A stretch of DNA of 64,000 nt. It comes from Bigelowiella natans CCMP2755 (taxonomy: Eukaryota > Protista > Cercozoa). Location of the stretch: contig ADNK01000004.1 in NCBI GenBank assembly GCA_000320545.1, forward strand, positions 37,844 through 101,843, in the 5' to 3' direction. The notes under the pieces are model-generated. The model worked only from the letters and a program-made list of their open reading frames with translations. It made no database searches and had not been told where the DNA came from. Below, piece after piece: positions 61,265 through 64,000 of the stretch. Position 1 is the first letter of the stretch. Every line of letters starts with the position of its first letter. The position numbers were made by a program, and so were the translations under genes.

Positions 61265-63334
61265 ATGAGGGATGGGATCTCCTCCGGGGGGGATTCAGTT
61301 AGCCCGGGGAAAAAGAGATCTTCAAATGTACGGCATCGATCGGGCCGTGTGCAGAGGGCTCAAAAATCGAGCACAGGGGGAGCATGGAATGACTTCTCGC
61401 CAAAGTCAAAAACACGGAGTCTGCACATCTACCTGCTCATCATCTTTTCAGGGGCTTACATCGGGTGGGCACTGTTCACAATGACACAATATGACAGAAA
61501 TGGGCAAGAACCAGTTGCTCCCCCGCATCCCGCCCCCAAAATTCTGAAACCTGTTCCCAGAGGGGAAAAAATAAATTCAGAAAACACAGTCGGGAATATG
61601 CAAAGAGCCGGCGTGACCAAAGTTGCATCTTCTCAAGAGAAGAGGGAATGTGTAATGTGGGCGATCAATCTGAAAGGGGAACGATACACACACGATTGGT
61701 CTGCGTTGACGTACAAAGGTCTCACCTCGGATACCTTCAAGACTTTAACGGTAATGGCGGGCAGCGAAAAGGACCCAAAGTCAGGACTTTGTACCAGCTA
61801 TGGTCAGGACCAAAAAGTCCTGATTACAGAAACAGGTTATCTCGTTGGAGCCCTTTCCTGCTCGAATCAAGAGATTACAATTATCTCAAAAAGTAGCTCA
61901 CCCAGGCCATGTGAGCCTGAGGACGAAGCTCGAAAGGAGACCAAGGGGAAATATTCTGCCTACTATAAAGGACCTACTCGTTGTAAATATATTTATGAAT
62001 GCAACAGATGCGTTCGACACGGCTCGTCGGACACATCACCAGACAAAATTATAACAGGAGAAGATCCCAAGACGAAGTGCGTATGGTGTCCAAGCGCGAA
62101 CTCATGCATGGCGTATAGAGATGGCTCGGGACAGTTTCCATGCCCTGATGCTGTGGGCAAAGGTGGAGGATACCCGGTAGATAAGTGCCCAGGAAGCTCC
62201 GGGAAGAAATATTTGTCCTTTCAGTGGAACAACGGCCGAGTCAACAATAATATGGTTTCGTGGGCTGCTGCACTAGCGGTGGGCCAGCACTTAAACCGCG
62301 TCGTGATACTAGCACAACCGATACAAAAAGGGTCAGGCTTGAAAGGATACCAAAATGGAGACCCAAACCATGGCAAGTCAGCTTATCTTGGAATCCTCGA
62401 GGGTATGTGGGATTTGGAGTTCATACGTGAAAATGGGTTCGAAATCATCCTTGAAACCGAGTTAGAGGACAGCGTGCTTGATGTTGCATTATTCAAAACT
62501 CCCGCAGAGTGCGTTGTAAGAATAACAGAATTCCCTGACCCGGAAAAATATAAAGACTGCAAGGTGGTCCACCTGGCAGATCCTTTTAGATTCAAATCCT
62601 TTCGTGCCCAGAAGCCAAAGGAATTCATCCGGCCAGCGAAGTGGATTCGAGACGCCAGCGAACGTTTAATTAAGGAAAAAATGGGCACCCAATCGATTTC
62701 CGTTACCGTGCACCAAAGGCATCATAATTGGGGCCATGCTGATAAACATGGCTCCAAGTTTCTATGCCGAGGAATCCTGAAGAATATTCACAAGACGCCT
62801 GCAGGTCAAGATTACAGAAACGGCGTCAGGAAATGGGGACAACCGGAATCTGTGCAAAAGCGCATGCTAGACAACACACAGCTATCATGTGCCATGAATT
62901 ACGAAGAGCTACAGACGGTTGCAGCTTACTGGAAAAAGAAAATACCGGAGCACTTTTTCCTCGCTTCTGATAGGGAAGAGCTTGACCGTTACCAGGATAT
63001 GCTGAAAAACGGGGCAGTAACCATCGAGGAAGCTGATTATGCTCATATGCCAGAGATAAAGGAAGTTCTCCAGAAGCATCTTTCGTTTGCTTTTGATTGC
63101 ACCGAGAAATATTGTGCGAATTTGAAGAAAATCAAGCAACTAACAGGTGTATATCTGGATATGTGGGGCATGGTATCCGGTGATTTCTTCTTCGGCGGAT
63201 ACTACAGCACAATGTCTGACACTGTATGCTATTGGCGTGGGTGGAATAAAATGAACGCCTCAAACATCTGCTTCCTTCCGATGCGATTGCAGAAGAAATG
63301 GGTACGCCTTGGAAAGGACATTGACGATCAATGA
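61265..63334 (+). CDS. Type II membrane glycosyltransferase: PSI-like Cys domain plus O-fucosyltransferase-like (GT-B) catalytic domain, intronless
   Basis: 689-aa ORF; TM segment LHIYLLIIFSGAYIGWALF; PSI pattern C..CNRC..CVWCP..C..CP; fucosyltransferase-like motifs GRVNNNM, TVHQR, FFLASD, D..DFFFGGYYSTMS. Confidence 0.8.
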   Translation: MRDGISSGGDSVSPGKKRSSNVRHRSGRVQRAQKSSTGGAWNDFSPKSKTRSLHIYLLIIFSGAYIGWALFTMTQYDRNGQEPVAPPHPAPKILKPVPRGEKINSENTVGNMQRAGVTKVASSQEKRECVMWAINLKGERYTHDWSALTYKGLTSDTFKTLTVMAGSEKDPKSGLCTSYGQDQKVLITETGYLVGALSCSNQEITIISKSSSPRPCEPEDEARKETKGKYSAYYKGPTRCKYIYECNRCVRHGSSDTSPDKIITGEDPKTKCVWCPSANSCMAYRDGSGQFPCPDAVGKGGGYPVDKCPGSSGKKYLSFQWNNGRVNNNMVSWAAALAVGQHLNRVVILAQPIQKGSGLKGYQNGDPNHGKSAYLGILEGMWDLEFIRENGFEIILETELEDSVLDVALFKTPAECVVRITEFPDPEKYKDCKVVHLADPFRFKSFRAQKPKEFIRPAKWIRDASERLIKEKMGTQSISVTVHQRHHNWGHADKHGSKFLCRGILKNIHKTPAGQDYRNGVRKWGQPESVQKRMLDNTQLSCAMNYEELQTVAAYWKKKIPEHFFLASDREELDRYQDMLKNGAVTIEEADYAHMPEIKEVLQKHLSFAFDCTEKYCANLKKIKQLTGVYLDMWGMVSGDFFFGGYYSTMSDTVCYWRGWNKMNASNICFLPMRLQKKWVRLGKDIDDQ

Positions 63335-63612
63335 TGATATTGGATAGATATTGACATGAAAGATGGCACGTCGTTTCATATGCAGAGCTACATGAACGCT
63401 ATTAAGCCTCTAGGCTAGCTAGGCCTCATCATTGCAGCTGCCTGCACAAGCTGCGTTGACTGCTGTGGTTGAGCGCACAGACATGATGGCTACGGTGTAA
63501 TAAAACGTACTTGTGGCTAGCTAGCCATATAGCTGTTGTGCGCGTGTCCATCCAGACACGTTATGTACAGCCGTACGTAGCGTACACTACTATTTAGTAC
63601 ATACACACCTAG

Positions 63613-63656
<44 letters not shown>

Positions 63657-63837
63657 ACGTGTGTGGGGCTGTCAGTGAAAGGGGCTAAAATTTGTTGGTT
63701 GAGGTATCCTACATGCATCTAGACTATAATATAAGACATATAGACATGCGTGTAAAACAAAAAATGTGCATGCATGTATCATAGGAATCCATCAAATAGC
63801 ACTAGAGCAGTCGACAGCATGGCGTGGCGCACATACA

Positions 63838-63942
63838 TATATGAGACGGATGTAATGAAATGTTTAAATTGTTTCAATGGTCATCCTAATGTAGCTGTGC
63901 AATGCAGCGGCTACAGCGCTTGAATTGCATCTGTTTGTTTCC
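63838..63942 (-). repeat. Dispersed repeat, copy E (reverse orientation)
   Basis: ATGAGACGGATGTAATGAAA...TTTCAATGGTCATCCTAATGTAGCTGTGCAATGCAGCGGCTACAGCGC; nearly identical to the reverse complement of copy A. Confidence 0.9.
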
Positions 63943-63952
63943 TTGGTCACAT

Positions 63953-64000
<48 letters not shown>

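Noticed and set aside
1-64000. CRISPR arrays, rRNA, tRNA or autonomous transposon ORFs
   Set aside because: No regularly spaced repeat-spacer structure, and no recognisable RNA gene, transposase or reverse-transcriptase motifs by eye.

Overview
Gene-dense, intron-rich eukaryotic nuclear DNA, probably a protist with a secondary plastid (chlorarachniophyte-like; this is an inference from a bipartite targeting leader, small spliceosomal introns and microsatellite-filled introns). The ORF track is fragmented by introns, so I spliced the genes by hand. This gives about 18 protein-coding genes, several of them hypothetical, plus 3 weaker transcription units. They include a secreted fibro-slime plus L-type lectin protein, a TM/UBA protein, an acidic nuclear protein, VAP, DUF445, a 4-TM protein, a PUFA elongase, a renalase-like oxidoreductase, a DEP-domain mercuric-reductase-like flavoenzyme, an MFS sugar transporter, a NEK kinase, a CCR4-like EEP nuclease, Hsp101/ClpB with a long leader, a divergent cyclin and a PSI plus O-fucosyltransferase-like protein. 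The most striking signal is architectural. Genes alternate strand almost perfectly (- + - + ...), and every convergent 3'-3' spacer holds a 0.5-1.1 kb island dense in short palindromes (CTAG, AGCT, CATG, TGCA, GTAC). These islands also host a ~120 bp two-hairpin dispersed repeat (5 copies). The one clear break in alternation (NEK then MFS) can be closed by a single in-frame GT-AG intron, which predicts a kinase-sugar transporter fusion. Exon boundaries are manual and need RNA-seq confirmation.
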